A stretch of DNA of 64,000 nt from Chrysomallon squamiferum (GCA_012295275.1 CM022665.1:47182001-47246000), one strand, 5' to 3'. Shown: positions 40,810-57,760, numbered from the stretch's first letter. A program made the numbers and translations. The notes: generated from the sequence alone by a model not told the origin.

Positions 40810-41020
40810 AGGTTTTGATTAGGCAGATTTTGGACTAACAAGGTCTTGAATTGGAAGTGTTTTGACTAGGAAAGATTTTGACTAGAACAGAGTTTGACTA
40901 GAACAGATTTTGACCTAAAAGAAAATTTTGACCTAAAAGAACATTTTGACCTAAAAAAAGTTTTGGACCAAAAAGAAGATTTTGCCTAGAGAAAGTTTGA
41001 CTAAGAGGAGACTTTTACCT
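40810..41020. repeat. Degenerate 15-20 bp minisatellite (AGATTTTGACTAG / TTTTGACCTAAAA)
   Basis: Repeated TTTGACTA and TTTGACCTA units. Confidence 0.75.
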
Positions 41021-41495
41021 GGATTCGGGCTAAGTCTATGCGTGAGGCCAAGTTCTGTGGAGACGACGCAGTCGCAGTCTGATTTAAATATCTTGAATCG
41101 ATAAGTCGACTCTCCATATCAGATCTCGTTACGTGCGCACATAAATTTTATACGTTATGCATTATTGATGAAACCGAGGCTGTTGCTGTTTAATATTTAT
41201 GAGCAATTCATCGTTCGTTTTACGGCGCGCTTATTTTTAGCTGCTTGTTGTGGGGATTATTAACTGTTGTGTGAGACTTTGTTGTATTATGAAACTTTTG
41301 ATAAATCGTTAAAGTCTGACGTTGCCAAAGACTTTTGTTTGTTTACGTTTTTTCCACAGTTCTGTGTTGAATAGCCTGTTAGTTTAATGCTTATTTTTGA
41401 TTTTCTCTTTTTTAAATTTTGTTTCTTTGTTTGTTTGTTTCTTTCTTTCTGTATTTATTTATGTGTTTATCTATCTGTATCTATTTATTTATCTA

Positions 41496-41530
<35 letters not shown>

Positions 41531-41810
41531 GTATGTCTTTCTACTTATTTATTTATTAAATTCTGTCTTTCGTTCTTCTTTATTATCTTTTCTAACTTTA
41601 TTCCTTTTTTCTTTTCTTTCCTTCTTTCTGCTTATTTTATTTCCTTTAAGTGTGTTTCTTTCATTCATTATTTTTATCATATTTATTTATTTTATATTTT
41701 CATTCTTTCTTCAGTCTTTCATTCAGTTCTCCTTTCACTTCTTTCTTTCTTTCTTTCTTATTATTACTGTTGTCGTTATTGTTGTTTTTGTTGTTGTTGT
41801 TGATTTTCTT

Positions 41811-41841
<31 letters not shown>

Positions 41842-42684
41842 TTTATTATTATTATTTATTATTTAGTTTCCATATTTATTTGAAATTTTCCAAAATTTAG
41901 CATTTAGACATTTGTATGTTTTTCTGAGTGTATTTTGTTCGTTTGTTTCTTTGCTTGTTTGTTTGTACGTCTGTCTGTGTGTTTCTGTTCTTTCTTGATT
42001 GTCGAACATCCCTAAGTCTAATCTCTATAAAACAGAATCATTTTAGAGAACTTTCTACAATATAATTAATTATCAATGTTCATTGTATGTTAGTCCTCTG
42101 GAAGTTTTTTGTGTCCGTCATTAAAGATGTACTTTCTTACAGGCAAGGCAGCACATGTCAACATCTTTTTATAACTTAACAAAATGATACAGATATATCA
42201 GAGATCGCGCTATAAAGAATCGATCCAGCAACTCATCACCTTTCACGTCTAACCATTCACCTTTACTCCCGCTTCCTTTTATCAGTATTTTTAACATCAT
42301 TAATTTCATCAATATTCGTGTGGCTAGACTACACAAAAACAAAAAAAAAAATAAATAAAAATCCTCACACAAATCTGAATCTTTATAACAAATCCATGTA
42401 GATGGTTTTAACCTGCAGCGTACACTGAAAGAAAAAAGAAAAGAGAAAAGAGACAACAAGCGAGTTGATGATTAATGGAAGAAACAGCTCCACGAATCAA
42501 GTACTGTTGTTTGTAATTCTGGTGATGCTCTCTGATTGATTTGTCTTTAATGATTGTCGCTTCCTGGTCGCACACTCAGACTGTCGTTGACAAGTTGCTG
42601 AAGACGCTGACGATGAAGTGACTCGAGATGACAGAGCGATCATCCCGTCCGACTCGTCCGTCAGTTCTGTGATAAATGATCCTC

Positions 42685-43070
42685 ATTTAAAAACTCGTGG
42701 ACTTGTCCTAGTTTTAGTTCTGGTCCGGGTTTGCGGTGTTTGTATAGCTTCAGTTTGGGTCGCCGTTTTAAAAAAACTCATAGACCAGACCAGACGTTAT
42801 TTTGTCTTTAGTCTATTTAATTATTTGTAAATTTAACAAGCTAAGTTTAAGTGATCGTTTAAAACCTGATAGATCAGTCTTAGCGTTAATTTTTCGGGAT
42901 TTACGCAGTTATAATTTTAACAAGCTGAAATTTCGGTTATCGTTTAAAATACTCAAAGACCAGACTTTGTTTTACCTCTGGTCTGGATTTACGTGTTTAT
43001 AGATTTAAAAGCTACAATTTGGAACATTATTTAAAACTCAAAAACCAGACTTTGTTTTAACATAGTCAGT
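42685..43070. repeat. Degenerate tandem repeat, unit about 85-90 bp, 4-5 copies
   Basis: TTTAAAA(A)CTC...AGACCAGAC(T)TTG...TTTAACAAGCT recurs at about 42686, 42767, 42858, 42943 and 43030. Confidence 0.7.
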
Positions 43071-43239
43071 ATCTACCTATTTACTAAACTGCCAAGCAAC
43101 AATTTTATCAGTCGCCCTCTTCGTGTGTCTTTCAAACGTTTCTTATTAGCTTTTATGTAGTTTAATTGTTTGTTAATAATTGTCAGTACAACTTTAACCG
43201 ATTAGTTTAGAATCTGAAAGGAAGTGTATAATTTTATAT

Positions 43240-43470
43240 TAAACACAACAGAATTCTCTGTAGTCTTTTCCAATCAGGGCAAGGGTTGCTTCTTATAATT
43301 TCTCAGGCTCTTATCATTGACTGAAACAATGGGCGAGATCCTATAATAAAACAGCCTTATTTTCTTAACTGTTGTCAAACACGTCCTCTAAACAGATTCC
43401 GTATCATATTTTAAGAAATCGTTTAAGTCCAGCCACGCTTTATCCCATTCTAACACAGGTCTGCCAGTTC
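43240..43470 (-). mobile_element. Highly decayed SINE fragment, probably the same family as 44225-44500
   Basis: TCTTTTCCAATCAGGGCAAGGG (about 43264-43285) resembles the reverse complement of the CCCTTGCTGCTAAT core. Similar weak fragments occur at about 1660-1700 (GACAGGACAACACATACCACAG) and about 50205-50345. Confidence 0.3.
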
Positions 43471-43671
43471 AAGCGAGGTCACAAAGAATGAAAACTGGAA
43501 CAAGAAGGACAGACTGTCGGACGTTCGTATCTTCTCATCTCAGAAACCGATGGACAATCGAGATGGCTGACCGCCGCTTTGTTTGTTGCCTGCTTGAAAC
43601 TGAACACGTCACAGAGTGATGTGAGAAACACACACGTGGTAAGAGCCTCTTCAGGAAGAGCACGGAGATAA

Positions 43672-43722
<51 letters not shown>

Positions 43723-43747
43723 ACAGGCTGATAGATAGAGAACCTGA

Positions 43748-43831
<84 letters not shown>

Positions 43832-44224
43832 ATGATTGATAGATAGATAGAGAGATAGATAGATAGATAGACAGATAAACAGATCGACAGATATAGATAA
43901 ATAGATAAATAGATAGATACGTAAATTAAGAAACAAATAAAATATCAATGAATGAATAAATGAATAAATAAAATAAATTAATTAATACAAGTTAATAATA
44001 ATGATGATGATTATGATACAACCAGTAATAACAATAACACGAGATAATGATGACGATGATGGTGATGATAACAATATAATAATAATAATAAATTTAAACC
44101 ATTTATATCTTAGGTGTTAATTATTTCTATTAATTTAATTCATCTGTCTTAACACAGACTCGTTTTCGCTTCTTGACAAAATTTAACATTGAAACAAACC
44201 TTACTGTAATTTCATTTTTTATTC

Positions 44225-44500
44225 TGACTGTGGCTCAGTGGTTAAATCGTGTGTGTGTTAATGAGTTCCAGGTTCGATCCTCTTTAGCCAACACGTTTTA
44301 TCTGATGGTTGATTTATCACACTTGTAATTATGGTTTTTTACTGTTAGCGGGGTGGTGCTTTTAAAATATTCCTTGCTGCTAAAAAAACAGGCTATCATT
44401 TTTTTAACGAAATTTTTTTTCTTTCATCGTCTCTGTTGTCTTTGACCGTTATATTTTAAATAAATAACTAGCAAACGATTTATTAATTCTGGTTTTTTAA
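44225..44500 (+). mobile_element. tRNA-derived SINE remnant with a MetaSINE-like core
   Basis: A box TGGCTCAGTGG (44231-44241) and B box GGTTCGATCC (44271-44280). Then TGGTGCTTTTAAAATATTCCTTGCTGCTAA (44354-44383), resembling the SINE core TGGTGCATATAAAAGATCCCTTGCTGCTAA that I recall from gastropod genomes (memory, not searched). A-rich tail at about 44498. Confidence 0.7.
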
Positions 44501-45411
44501 AAAAAAAAAAAAAAATTAATGTACAAATTTTTTAGAAATGAAATGCAACCAATCAGACAGAACATTACCAACATCTGTGTGTCTGTCTGTATGTTGATAA
44601 AATATAGTGTAATAAATATAACACATTTTAAAAATTTCATGTCCAAGTTCTTGGGGAAGCAATTTCTTCTCTTGATCCCCCTCCACCCTACCTGCGGGCC
44701 CCTGCCCCTTCCCCTTGTCCCGACCCCACCTTACCAGACATGCATGTTGCAGAGAGACAGACTGCTACAGTTGTTCTCAAGTTGTCTGATGACCATAGCG
44801 ATGCCGGTTAATCCCCCGCTTTACTGTCCCAGCCGATTATTTTATTTGTTGTCGAAAACGAAAAACAAACATTTCGTTCGTTTCTCCTCGTTTTTAATGC
44901 CGAGTGTTTGGACAGCAGCACACACGAAACGGGTAGAAAGAGAGAAAGAAAGAGAGAAAGGCGACCAAACATCGCCACTGACCACAAAACAGCCATCTGT
45001 CGGCCAAAAAGAAAAACCACTGAGGGTATTTGGTGATTTCACTCGTGGTCGAGTCACTTTCTCATTCTCGTCCAGTATCGTGTAACCCGGCTTTTACAAG
45101 TGTGTCTTTGTGAAGAAGACGTTTAGAGCTAATATGTTTACTTTCTGAGAGCGGTATTCATGGCGGCGGCTTCAACAACATCAGCGACGATGTTTAGGAT
45201 ACCAGAGGGCGAAGTCTGAACTTTTAGCCGTTTTTTTGAAGAAAAAAAAAAACGAGTTTAAATTTCAAGCTTGAGTAGAATTGAATTTTGTGTAGATGTT
45301 ATTTTGTATTTATTTATTTATTTATTTATTTATTTGTTTAAATATTTACTACTACTTCTATTATTATGATGATGATTATTATTATTATTATTATTATTAT
45401 TACTACTACTA

Positions 45412-45449
<38 letters not shown>

Positions 45450-48400
45450 TATTATTATTATTATTATATTTTTTACAAATATGTAATTTACATATCCGTG
45501 TATTAAAATAAATGTGCGTGGAAACGTGTGTGTGGATGGAGGGATGGATGTATGCACGTACGTATGTTTGTATATACACATTCATGCATTGACCTATTCA
45601 TGTATGTAAATTTTTAAAAATAAATAGATAAATAAATAAATAAACCCAACCACATACGGAAAAAAAGATAAAACACTTTTGTAAAAAAAACAAAAAAACA
45701 GTCTTTTCAGTTTCTAACAACAAGTAAACTTTAATTAAACAGAAAAATCTCTGAACATTCTTTTTACACGTGTGGGAACTCAACACACTCATTCACAGAA
45801 CACGCATTCGCTACAACAACTACTACTACACCCATCTTATACGGACAATAACATCAGCCAGTGTAAAATACCAACTTTTATTATTTTTACGATCTCTTCT
45901 CAGCTCATTTTATTACACACGTAGGAACCATTACTGAAACGGTGCAAAGAGACAATAAGTTTATTCAAAGATATGAGAAGATATAAAAAAAAAAAAAAAA
46001 AAAATTTTAATTACACATTTGTTTTCTGCGGTTTTCATTACCCGACCTGACCTCTTGACGGGCAGTTTTGTGAATGAACGAGTCTCTCTCTGTCTCTCTG
46101 TCTCTCTGTCTCTCGTTTCCGCAGTGAAATGAAATAAAAACGTCACTTGATAATGTAGAGCACACGCTGACAGAACTTAATTAAGCCGGGGATTTCTGGG
46201 TTTTTATTCGAGTTCAAACCTGGGTTCAGAAGCAGAAGAACAAGAAGAACAAGAAGAAGAAGAAGAAGATGATGATGAAGAGGATGGGTCGGAAGACGCA
46301 GTCCGCGCTAAATGCAACGACGTCCTCTCACTACGACGACATTAAACTTCGTCTTTTCATTGCCAGTGACCGTTCATTCGTGAAGACGCATTTGTTCGCT
46401 TTTTGTTTGTCATCACCGTTGGGGGGTCGGCCAGGGAGAACACCCCCGGGGGTATGGTGGATGGATATTGGGTCCCTCCTCCATTTTTGGTGTTGTTGTT
46501 TTCACGGCAAGCTCGGTGTTTTGTGGGGGGGGGAACGCTTCAAAGGGTCGTAATAAGACAGCGGTGAGTCACGTGTTCTGCCGGTGTCCCCCCCAGTCAT
46601 CACTCGGGAGGCAGGGGGGTGGTCCCCCCCCCACTAATTCCCAGTTGACCGGTTTTAGTCGGACTGACCGTCGTCCGATGTTGAAATGAGCCGCTCCAGG
46701 TTACTTTGATCAGCTTTGTCCGAGGACAGTCGTTTAGAAAACCTTTCATGATTCTAAACACTTTTTAAAAAGATTAAAAAAATAAATAAATTAAAAAATA
46801 GATAAATGATAAAAAAAAGATGCGTGGGTTTCAGATTTCAAATCGATGTTTAATAGTGATGCGGACTTTTTTTTATAAACTCGCCAAATCTTCACAATTA
46901 ATGAATCTCTTTTTATCTCTCTATCTATCTACCTGTATATCTATTTATCTGTCTATCTCAGTGTATTTATCTATCTCTCTGTCTATTTATCTGTATATCT
47001 AATCTAACTATCTCTCCATATATAGGTCAGTCTGTCTCTCTATCTATAAATAGAGAGATAGATATACAATGTCATAATTACATAAACAAACCGGATACAC
47101 AGATCTATCTGTCTATCTTTCTGTCACTCTCTCTCTCGTTCTGTATTTGTCTGACTCTCTTTCTCTCTCACTCTCTTCGTCTCCCTTTAAGTCATTATAC
47201 CCATCTTTCATTGTATTACATCACATCTGGTTGTTTGTAATATATATAAATATGTATAACGTTATATATATACATATATATAACAGTAATGTATACGTTT
47301 TATGTTTATATCAGTAACAGTAATATATGCAACGTTAATCACGAATCTTATCAGAAAGAGTAATACAATTCAGAATTCAGAAGGCAACAATTTTTCTCTC
47401 AGGAACGTTCTGACGTAAAGCTTCATTTGCATCTCAAATTAGACTGGACACAAAACAAAACAAAACAAAAAACCCGCTGGCAGCAGCAGTTTGATAAATG
47501 ACCATTTCCTCAGCCCGGGTCATCATCATTCTACGTCTTTCTGTCGGCGTATTGTGTGCTTTTATTTGTGACGCTCGTAAAGGATCATCAAGATTCCCAT
47601 TCAGCGGAATGAAGGACGCATTCAAAGGACAGGTCCGCGATCCTGGCGAATTTCTCTCTCTCTCTTCCACTGACATCTGGTCGAGTTTCTTTTGTGCGAG
47701 GAAATCAAATAACAGGTGTAGCCCGAGTCATTTGCAGCCCGTGGCCTGGGACTCTTGGGATCGTAGCCCCTTAGGGGGTGGGGTGGGGGGTCAGTGTCAT
47801 CACGGGTTATGTGACGTCATTGGGTGGAGAATTTTGGCTTCCGAGTTTCGTGAGATCCGTCCATGATTTATTTGTTGGTTTTGTTTGTTTGTTTTTTTTT
47901 TTTTTTTTTCTGTTGGTTAGAATCATTTGGTTTTAAATCTTTTGGTTTCAGGGATCGTATCTTACGACCTGTTTTTTTCATTTCAGAAAAATTATTTCGA
48001 AGTGTATATCTCTGTGACTGGTTAATCCTTTCTGATATACTGTCTTGTCTTTACTGTTGTAGTAAAACTGTTTCAGTAGACACGAAAATAAGAAGTGTTG
48101 TGTTACTTGTCTACAAACTCGGTTCACTAATCAACTACGACGTCGTATCGCGACTGACAATCATTATTAACACCATCTTTGTCAACGACAGTTCCAGATA
48201 TTATCATTAACAACTATTCTTATCATCGCTTTCATTTTTTTAAAAACATTTTCATTATAATCCTTTATATATTTTTACCAGTGTTATTATTATTATTACT
48301 GTTGTTGTTGTTCCTTTTGTTGTTGTTGTTATTGTTGTTGTTGTTGTTATTGTTGATGTTGCTGTTGTTGTTGTTACTGTTGTTGGTGGTAATCATTGTG

Positions 48401-48845
48401 GAGGTAATGGTGTTGTTGTTGTTGTCGTCATCGTGTTGTTTTCTCATCATTTTGCTTTAAGTCAATAAAGTTTCGAATTTGTCTCCTAAGTCAGTTTTAT
48501 ATTTTCAATATATTGTTTAATGTTTAACTTTCTCTTTGGTGAGATGGTTTTAACAGGGCGAGTACCAGCACACTTCATAATATCTTGGTATGTTCCCCAA
48601 ACTGGCAGTCTCCAGATTATGTAATCGGTGAGGTGTTATAATCCGCTTCCAGAAAAGGGAAAACTGCCGTGAGCAATTAAAGCCAATTTAGAGGCATGAA
48701 GAACAGAGAGGCGATTAACGAGATTAACTTTAGTATCTTATCTGTTAGGTTTAGAGCGTTTCATTATTATTAATTTAATTTTAAAATTAGAAATTTAGAA
48801 ATAAAGAATCAAACAAATAAAAAACCAAACAAATAAACAAATAAA

Positions 48846-49015
48846 TATAATATAATATAATATAATATAATATAATATAATATAATATAATATAATATAA
48901 TATAATATAATATAATATAATATATTACAATATAATATATTATAATATAATATATTATAATATATTATAATATAATATATTATAATATATTATAATATAA
49001 TATAATATAATATAT
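48846..49015. repeat. (ATATA)n pentanucleotide microsatellite
   Basis: Directly visible. Confidence 0.95.
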
Positions 49016-49122
49016 TTTCGAAACATTTCGCAGAAAAAAACCCTGAAATATAATAACAGAGGAGAAAAACCTTTCATAAAGCAGATTTACCTAAAAGTGT
49101 TATTTCATTTCACGACACATTT

Positions 49123-49167
<45 letters not shown>

Positions 49168-50466
49168 GAAGAAGAAGAACAGAAGAATTCTGTAAAAAAA
49201 ATTATCTCTCGTGAAATCACACAACATATTCCCGCGGTACGGAGGTCACCGTGACCATCATCATCATCAACAACATCAACGACAACGACAACGGCGGACG
49301 GGACATTTATCAAACTGCTGTCGGGGTCTCTATTCACACGGGAGCCGTCGACTTGGAATAAGCGATATTCTTCACGTCCTGTCTGGGAGAGAAAGCGAGC
49401 AGTGTATTAAAGGTAATAGGCTGACAAACACAGCAATTACAGCTCGCCAGATTAGCTGTTACCTGCTTTTGTCCGCGTCACACCTAGCTGAGAGATTTAT
49501 TGCCCCGACTGACCCCTTCCTTTCCACGACGATTCTGCCGGACAAGTCACAGAGGCTTGGGCAGGGCTGGGGTGGGGCTCTCGGGTCGCGTGACAATAAA
49601 AAAAAAAATAATAAAATAAAAAATTAAGATTTAATTGTCAAAGTGAAGACGTCGTCTGTGAGGTAAGTTCTTCATTAAACTGTTGCTGTTGTCGTCTGAC
49701 ACGTTGATGGCGGGATGTTGAGGAGATTTGTGTCGACGTCGCGGTGGTTGTCCACGTCTGTAATTGTCCACGCGTCGTTAAGTGTTACCAGTGTGCGGTT
49801 GTTGTTGCTTTTTTTATTGCTTGTCTCGTGTTGATACAGACCTCGCTGCTGTCGTTTAATACACCCCAACAGCGATCACAACGTCCAGTGTGTGGTGTCA
49901 CAGAGTTTTTGAAATACGTACTGACGTCATCTGTTCTTGCCTAACGAAAAAAATAAAATAAAATGCCAACAGACAGTTTAAGGCATAGGTTTTTTTCCCG
50001 TTCTACATATTGATTTTAACATCCAGAACCACAATTTAACTTTAATGTTCATTTATCGTTTAAGGCATAGATTTCCCACCCCTACCCGTTTTACTTAGTA
50101 CTATTAATATCCAAAATTACAGTTTGATTAAGGTAATCCTATTTATTTAATTAAGCTGAAGTTAGTTTTGTTAGATTTAATTTTTCATTACTTCCAATTA
50201 AAATTGAAATTAGTTTGTTAACAAGATCATTAAAGTATTTTAATTCATTTATTATCGTGTGCTACTGCTGGGTCTGATCTCCAATCTTCAAAGAAAAGTC
50301 GCTTCATTTTCCAATACAACCACAAAAATGTGTGTACACACGATTAACATTTAAACTTTAAACTTTTGAAATACTGTGACTTTTAACCGTTTATAGATTA
50401 TTTAATAAACTGTACAAAATTTATTAAATTTACTGATAAACCACAATCAACTCAAAACAAAAACAC

Positions 50467-52170
<1,704 letters not shown>

Positions 52171-52822
52171 CCCACCAAAGGGTCAGGTCACCAGATCTCC
52201 AACCCAAGATCCACCCCTCTGAGATCCTCTCCGTGTCAACAAAGACACCCCCCACTCGTCCACACACCCACCCACCCGACCCGACACGCGCCCATCCCGA
52301 TAAAGCTGCTCCAAATATTGACCGACCATCAACACACAGACAGAGAGAGATAAGAAATAATTTAATGTTAACAGAGATATTAAACTGTGGCGCTGTTTGA
52401 AACGGGGGAAGAGATTAGATGGAAGCACACACACACACTCGAAAACTCGAACTTGTGCTTCAAAGTAGCGCGCGATATCTGTGTTTACTTTTAATACGAC
52501 GCAAGATTTTTTTATTTTTGTTTCCCCAGTCTCTGTGGCGAGGTAGTTAAGTGACAGGACGTAAGACTGTTAGAGCTGTTGAAGGTGGCGAAAACAGACC
52601 AAGCTCGGTGTTTTAATACACTTTCGAGTGATTGTTTTATACGTTTCTCGTTTAACACGGGCCTGTGCGGTGTGAACAAATAACCGGGGTGTGATTTTAT
52701 ACCCCTCTCCAGCGATCGTTTGAAACCAGTTATAAAATCTGTCTTTGTCTTCTCTCCTTTTTCTTTTACCCTTGATAACAGTAGAAGTGGTACTGGTAGT
52801 AGTAGTAGACGTAGTTGTAGTT

Positions 52823-52854
<32 letters not shown>

Positions 52855-52855
52855 T

Positions 52856-52908
<53 letters not shown>

Positions 52909-54091
52909 TTTAATAATAATAAGAAGAAGAAGAAGAAGAAGAAAAATAATAAAAATAATAATGACCATGATAACTGTAATAATACTATAATACTAATTCT
53001 AATAAGAGTGATAATAATAATGCTAATAAATATAGTGATGATGATGATAATACTAATAACAGCGATAATATTAATGATGATAATATGGTGATGATGACGA
53101 TGACGATAATGATAAAATAATAATAATAAAAATAAATATAATAGCAATGATAAAATAATGATGATGATGATGATGATGATGATAAAACAGATAACTAACT
53201 TTCCCAGTGACTTAACTCTCCCTTTGTCATATTTATCATCAGTAAGTAAAAGTTTAAATTTAAAAATTTAAAAATTTAAAAAAACTGAACATTATGTTCA
53301 CTTTCTCCTTGTTAGTACAGCACCAACAACGATATATTCTTTTATTATTATTTATTTATTTATTTTACAAAAGTAATAATAACAAATGACATCTGAAAAC
53401 TGACTGAATAGAAAACAGGCCAATGGGAAAAGCAAGGGCGATTGACCCAGCTATACGATTTCGCCTCATTTAAGACAAGGCTATTATTACTATTATTATT
53501 ATTTTTATATATATATTTATTTATTTTCAGTTTGGTGAAATCATAGCTGTATATTCAATACAAAATATCTTTTCAAAAAAAAAAAAACATCCTCTACGAT
53601 ATTATTGTGTTGTTTACGAACGTACCAGCGTATTAACATTTCACCAAGTGAGAAGAAAAAAAAAAAAAAAGAAATTGAAAGGTAATAAAGAAAGCGAAAT
53701 TTCGGGTTTAATATACGATATCAAACGGGCGTTTGATCAAAGCAGGAAACTGCACTTACAAAGGGATAATCTTCGAGATAATGACGTCTAAAGATGACTT
53801 ATTTTTTTGAATACAAGTCAATAAAGACTAGCTTCTTTTCTTCTTTTTTTTTAAATCGAATCGGTGTAAGAGACTCGAAATTACGAGCGAGCAGACGACT
53901 TTTTTTTATGACACAAACCGGTCATTAACTCGGGTTGTTTCTGGTTTATCGTCATTAAGTGTTTTCGCGTTTTTCTTTTTTAAATTCCTCCATCACAAAA
54001 GGAGAACACAGGCGGCACGGGCGGTAACTGAAGCGAAATAAAGACACGTTAATGATTATGAATGTCACTCGAACAAAAAAAAAAAAAAAAA

Positions 54092-54132
<41 letters not shown>

Positions 54133-54168
54133 AGGAAGAGGGAAAGTGCACTATATCTACATTATGTA

Positions 54169-54201
<33 letters not shown>

Positions 54202-56863
54202 TAAAAAAAAAAAAAAAAAAAATAAAAAAATAAATGAGGAAGCGCATAGCTAGAATTCATTTAAAGAAGGGCAACATGATGATCCTGAACGTAACCCACG
54301 CATTGCTTAAAAACGCCCGAACCCATTTCACGTAATGCAGTAGGCGTTTTTGTGAGCCTCTCGCTGAATGCATGTGCACGTACACGACAAGAAACAGAGC
54401 GTTTTTAGCATGCGCACACATGCACTCAAAAAATTAAATTAAAAAAAAAAAAAAATTAAATTAAAAAAAAAAAAAAAAAAAAGGTGAGCCAATAGGTTGG
54501 TGAGAGAGACGTCACATTTTGGTACTCGCTGAGTTTGTAAAGTGAAAATGTTTGTAACGTGCAGTTGTTATAAAGAATAAAATGTGTATTTGGATGTTCG
54601 ACAGTTTAAACCAGTCTGTTTTGTTTGTCTCACTGTCAGTGATGGTGAATAAATAGTTAAATAAATAAATAAACAAACAAACAAACAAATAAATAAACAA
54701 ATAAGAATATAGTCAAATAAATAAATAAACACATAAGCAAATAAGTAAGTAAGTAAATAAGTAAATAAATAAACAAACAAAAATAAATAAATAAATAAAT
54801 AAACACATAAGTAAATAGTTAAATAAATAAACAAACAAATAAGTAAATAGCTAATTAAATAAATAAACAAACTGCAACAACAACGAACGACAAAATGACA
54901 CAACCCGTATTACACGAGCGAAAGATAAAACGAAAAAAAAAAAAAAAAAAAAAAGGCGCGGGAAAATCAAAGCAATTTGTCCGTGTTTTCGTTGACATCG
55001 GTTTTTTTTTTTTCTCGACTCTAATCGGCGATCGACCCGTCACGCTTCGTGTGGCAGATTTGAATTTCTGTACGTCGCAGCGTGTGTCTGTGATTTGCTT
55101 TCACCGTGTTCAATGTATCGTGTCCGATGATGTTTACATTTTGTCACACAAGATAGCTGAAGTCACCGAGTCCGGTGTTCAATAGAGTGGTAAGTACAAA
55201 GTTTTTTTTTTTTATTATTTCATCTCTGATGAAAGAGATAATAAAAAGAAAAAGAAGAAGAAAAAGAAAAAAAAAGAAAAGAAGAAAAAGGGAACGTAAG
55301 TAATGAGGGGAGAAAGAAAGAAAGAAAAGAAAAGAAAGAAAGAAAGAAAGAAGATTAGAAACAGAATGAAAGAAGAGGGAAGAGAGAATGAAAGAAAGAA
55401 GACTAAAGAGAGAAAGAAAGACGAGTTAAGAACGAAAGAAAGAAATAAAGAAAGAAAGATTGAAAAGAAGATGAAAGAAAGAAGAAGGAATAGAGGAAAA
55501 CTACAGAAGTTGGAAGAGCATAAGAAAGATACAAAAATAACGCACACTTGAAACTGAAATAAAAAGGGGGAAAAAAATAAGAATGAATGAAAGAGCAAAA
55601 GGAAGGAAAGAAGAATGAATTAATAAAAAATATAAAAATGTCAGTTTAATTTTGCCTCTACTACGTTGTTTCATAACTGAGCGTTAAGTAAAACAAACCT
55701 ACTAATAGTGTATGTGTAACTCAAACAGCTTCTCTGAAACGTGTTTTTAACGTTTACATCCGCGGGTGTTGAGTTTACTGGTTTGAATTCCGCTTTCTTT
55801 TTTTGGTTCTGACGTCTTTAGACGTTCTGAACAAAATTCTACTGATTTCCATCAACTGTTTAAGCCTGTTTATATTACTTTCCAAATTTCAGTAGCGTTT
55901 AGTTGTTCATAATCATTAAGTATTGTACATTATGGATTTAAAAAAAAAAAAAAAATCTCTGGTTAATGCAATACCAACCACCTGTGACATTAACATGAAT
56001 ACTTTAACAGTGTACCCCTCCTTGTTCTCTTTTCGTAATAAACACAGAAAAATAAACACAAAACAAAATAATCCAGTTATCAGAGAAACTATCTTACAGA
56101 TGATGACCCTTATAAAAAAAATAAAATTAAAAAAAATTAAATAATAAATTTTCTTTTTTTAAATTTCATTATTTTTCTATAATTATTTTCATCTTTCTCT
56201 TACGTCAGTGTAAAAAATAAGATTTTGAAATAATAACCCGTGAATTTTAAAACAAGCAGATAACATCTGCAACAACAACACCACTCTACGCAAAAAAAAA
56301 CATCAGACCACACGCATCAACATGTATTTTGACAACAAACAAAATTCAAAAATTTAAAAAAAATAAAATAAAATAAAAATTAAAAATAAAGAAAAGAAAT
56401 TTGAATCTACAAATATAAAAATTCACGACGACATCTACGCACGCGGTTACAGCGTACAAAGAAACGAAACTAAATCCGTCTAGACCTGAGATCCCGTATT
56501 GAGTTTTTCACCTGTAGTACGGAAGTATGTACGTTGTATGTAAAAACACATCTGTTACCTGTGTGTCTCGTGTCCGTGTCGCACAAAACAGGATGTGGCA
56601 ACAGGTGGCAAGTTACCTGATCCACGGAGCTGCTTTCTATAAACTTCGTTTTTATTCTGTTATTTAAATACGAATATTCGCGTGACAAACTAAATAAAAA
56701 AATAAACTAAACGAAAAAAAAAAAGTACTGTTGTTTGAATAAACAGGTACTAGTATATCGTCGTAAAAAAAAAAAAAAAAAAAAAAAAAAATAAAAAAGA
56801 TGTTAGAAAAAAAAAGGAAGTTTGTTGATAGAATTTATCTGAAAGATGAGAGAGCCATATGTT

Positions 56864-57064
56864 GAGAGAGAGAGAGAGAGAGAGAGAGAGTGTTAGAGAG
56901 AAAAAGAAGACAGACAGACAGATAGAGACACAGAAGAGACAGAGAGATAAAAAAGACAGACAGAGAGAGAAGACAGTCAGAGAGATAGAGACAGAGATAT
57001 AAAGAGACAAGCAGAGAGAGAGAGAGAGAGACATACAGACAGAGAGAGAGAGAGAGAGAGAGAT

Positions 57065-57123
<59 letters not shown>

Positions 57124-57276
57124 GAGACAGACAGACAGAGACAGACAAACAGATAGATAGAGACAGAAACACACAGAGACAGAGAGATAAAAAGACAGAC
57201 AGAGAGAGAGACAGACAGTCAGATAGATAGACAGAGACAGAGATATAAAGAGACAAACAGACAGAGAGAGAGAGAT

Positions 57277-57372
<96 letters not shown>

Positions 57373-57577
57373 ACAGAGAGACAGACAGACAGACGGACAG
57401 AGACAGAGACAAACGAGACAAAGAGATAAAAAAGACAGACAGAGAGAGACAGACAGACAGATAGATAGATAGAGACAGAGATATAAAGAGACAACAGAGA
57501 GAGAGAGAGACAAACAGAGACTCTGAGAGAGAGAGATATAAAGAGACAGACAGAGATACATAAATAAAGAGAGTGAG

Positions 57578-57661
<84 letters not shown>

Positions 57662-57706
57662 TGAGCTCGAAAGAGAGAGAGACAAAATCAGGGATAAAAG
57701 AGAGAT

Positions 57707-57757
<51 letters not shown>

Positions 57758-57760
57758 AGA
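56864..57760. repeat. Compound (GA)/(GACA) tract of about 900 bp
   Basis: Directly visible, with internal higher-order units (AGAGATAAAAAGACAGAC). It produces the spurious 311-aa ORF. Confidence 0.95.

Noticed and set aside
44519-45085. 188-aa ORF, and similar non-repeat ORFs at 47498-47866, 49211-49627 and 42169-42459
   Set aside because: No recognisable domain, no codon bias like the ash exon and no convincing splice framework.
56750-57685. 311-aa ORF and the many other SLSL/ERER/poly-L/poly-I/poly-Y/poly-K ORFs
   Set aside because: They are translations of microsatellites that lack stop codons.
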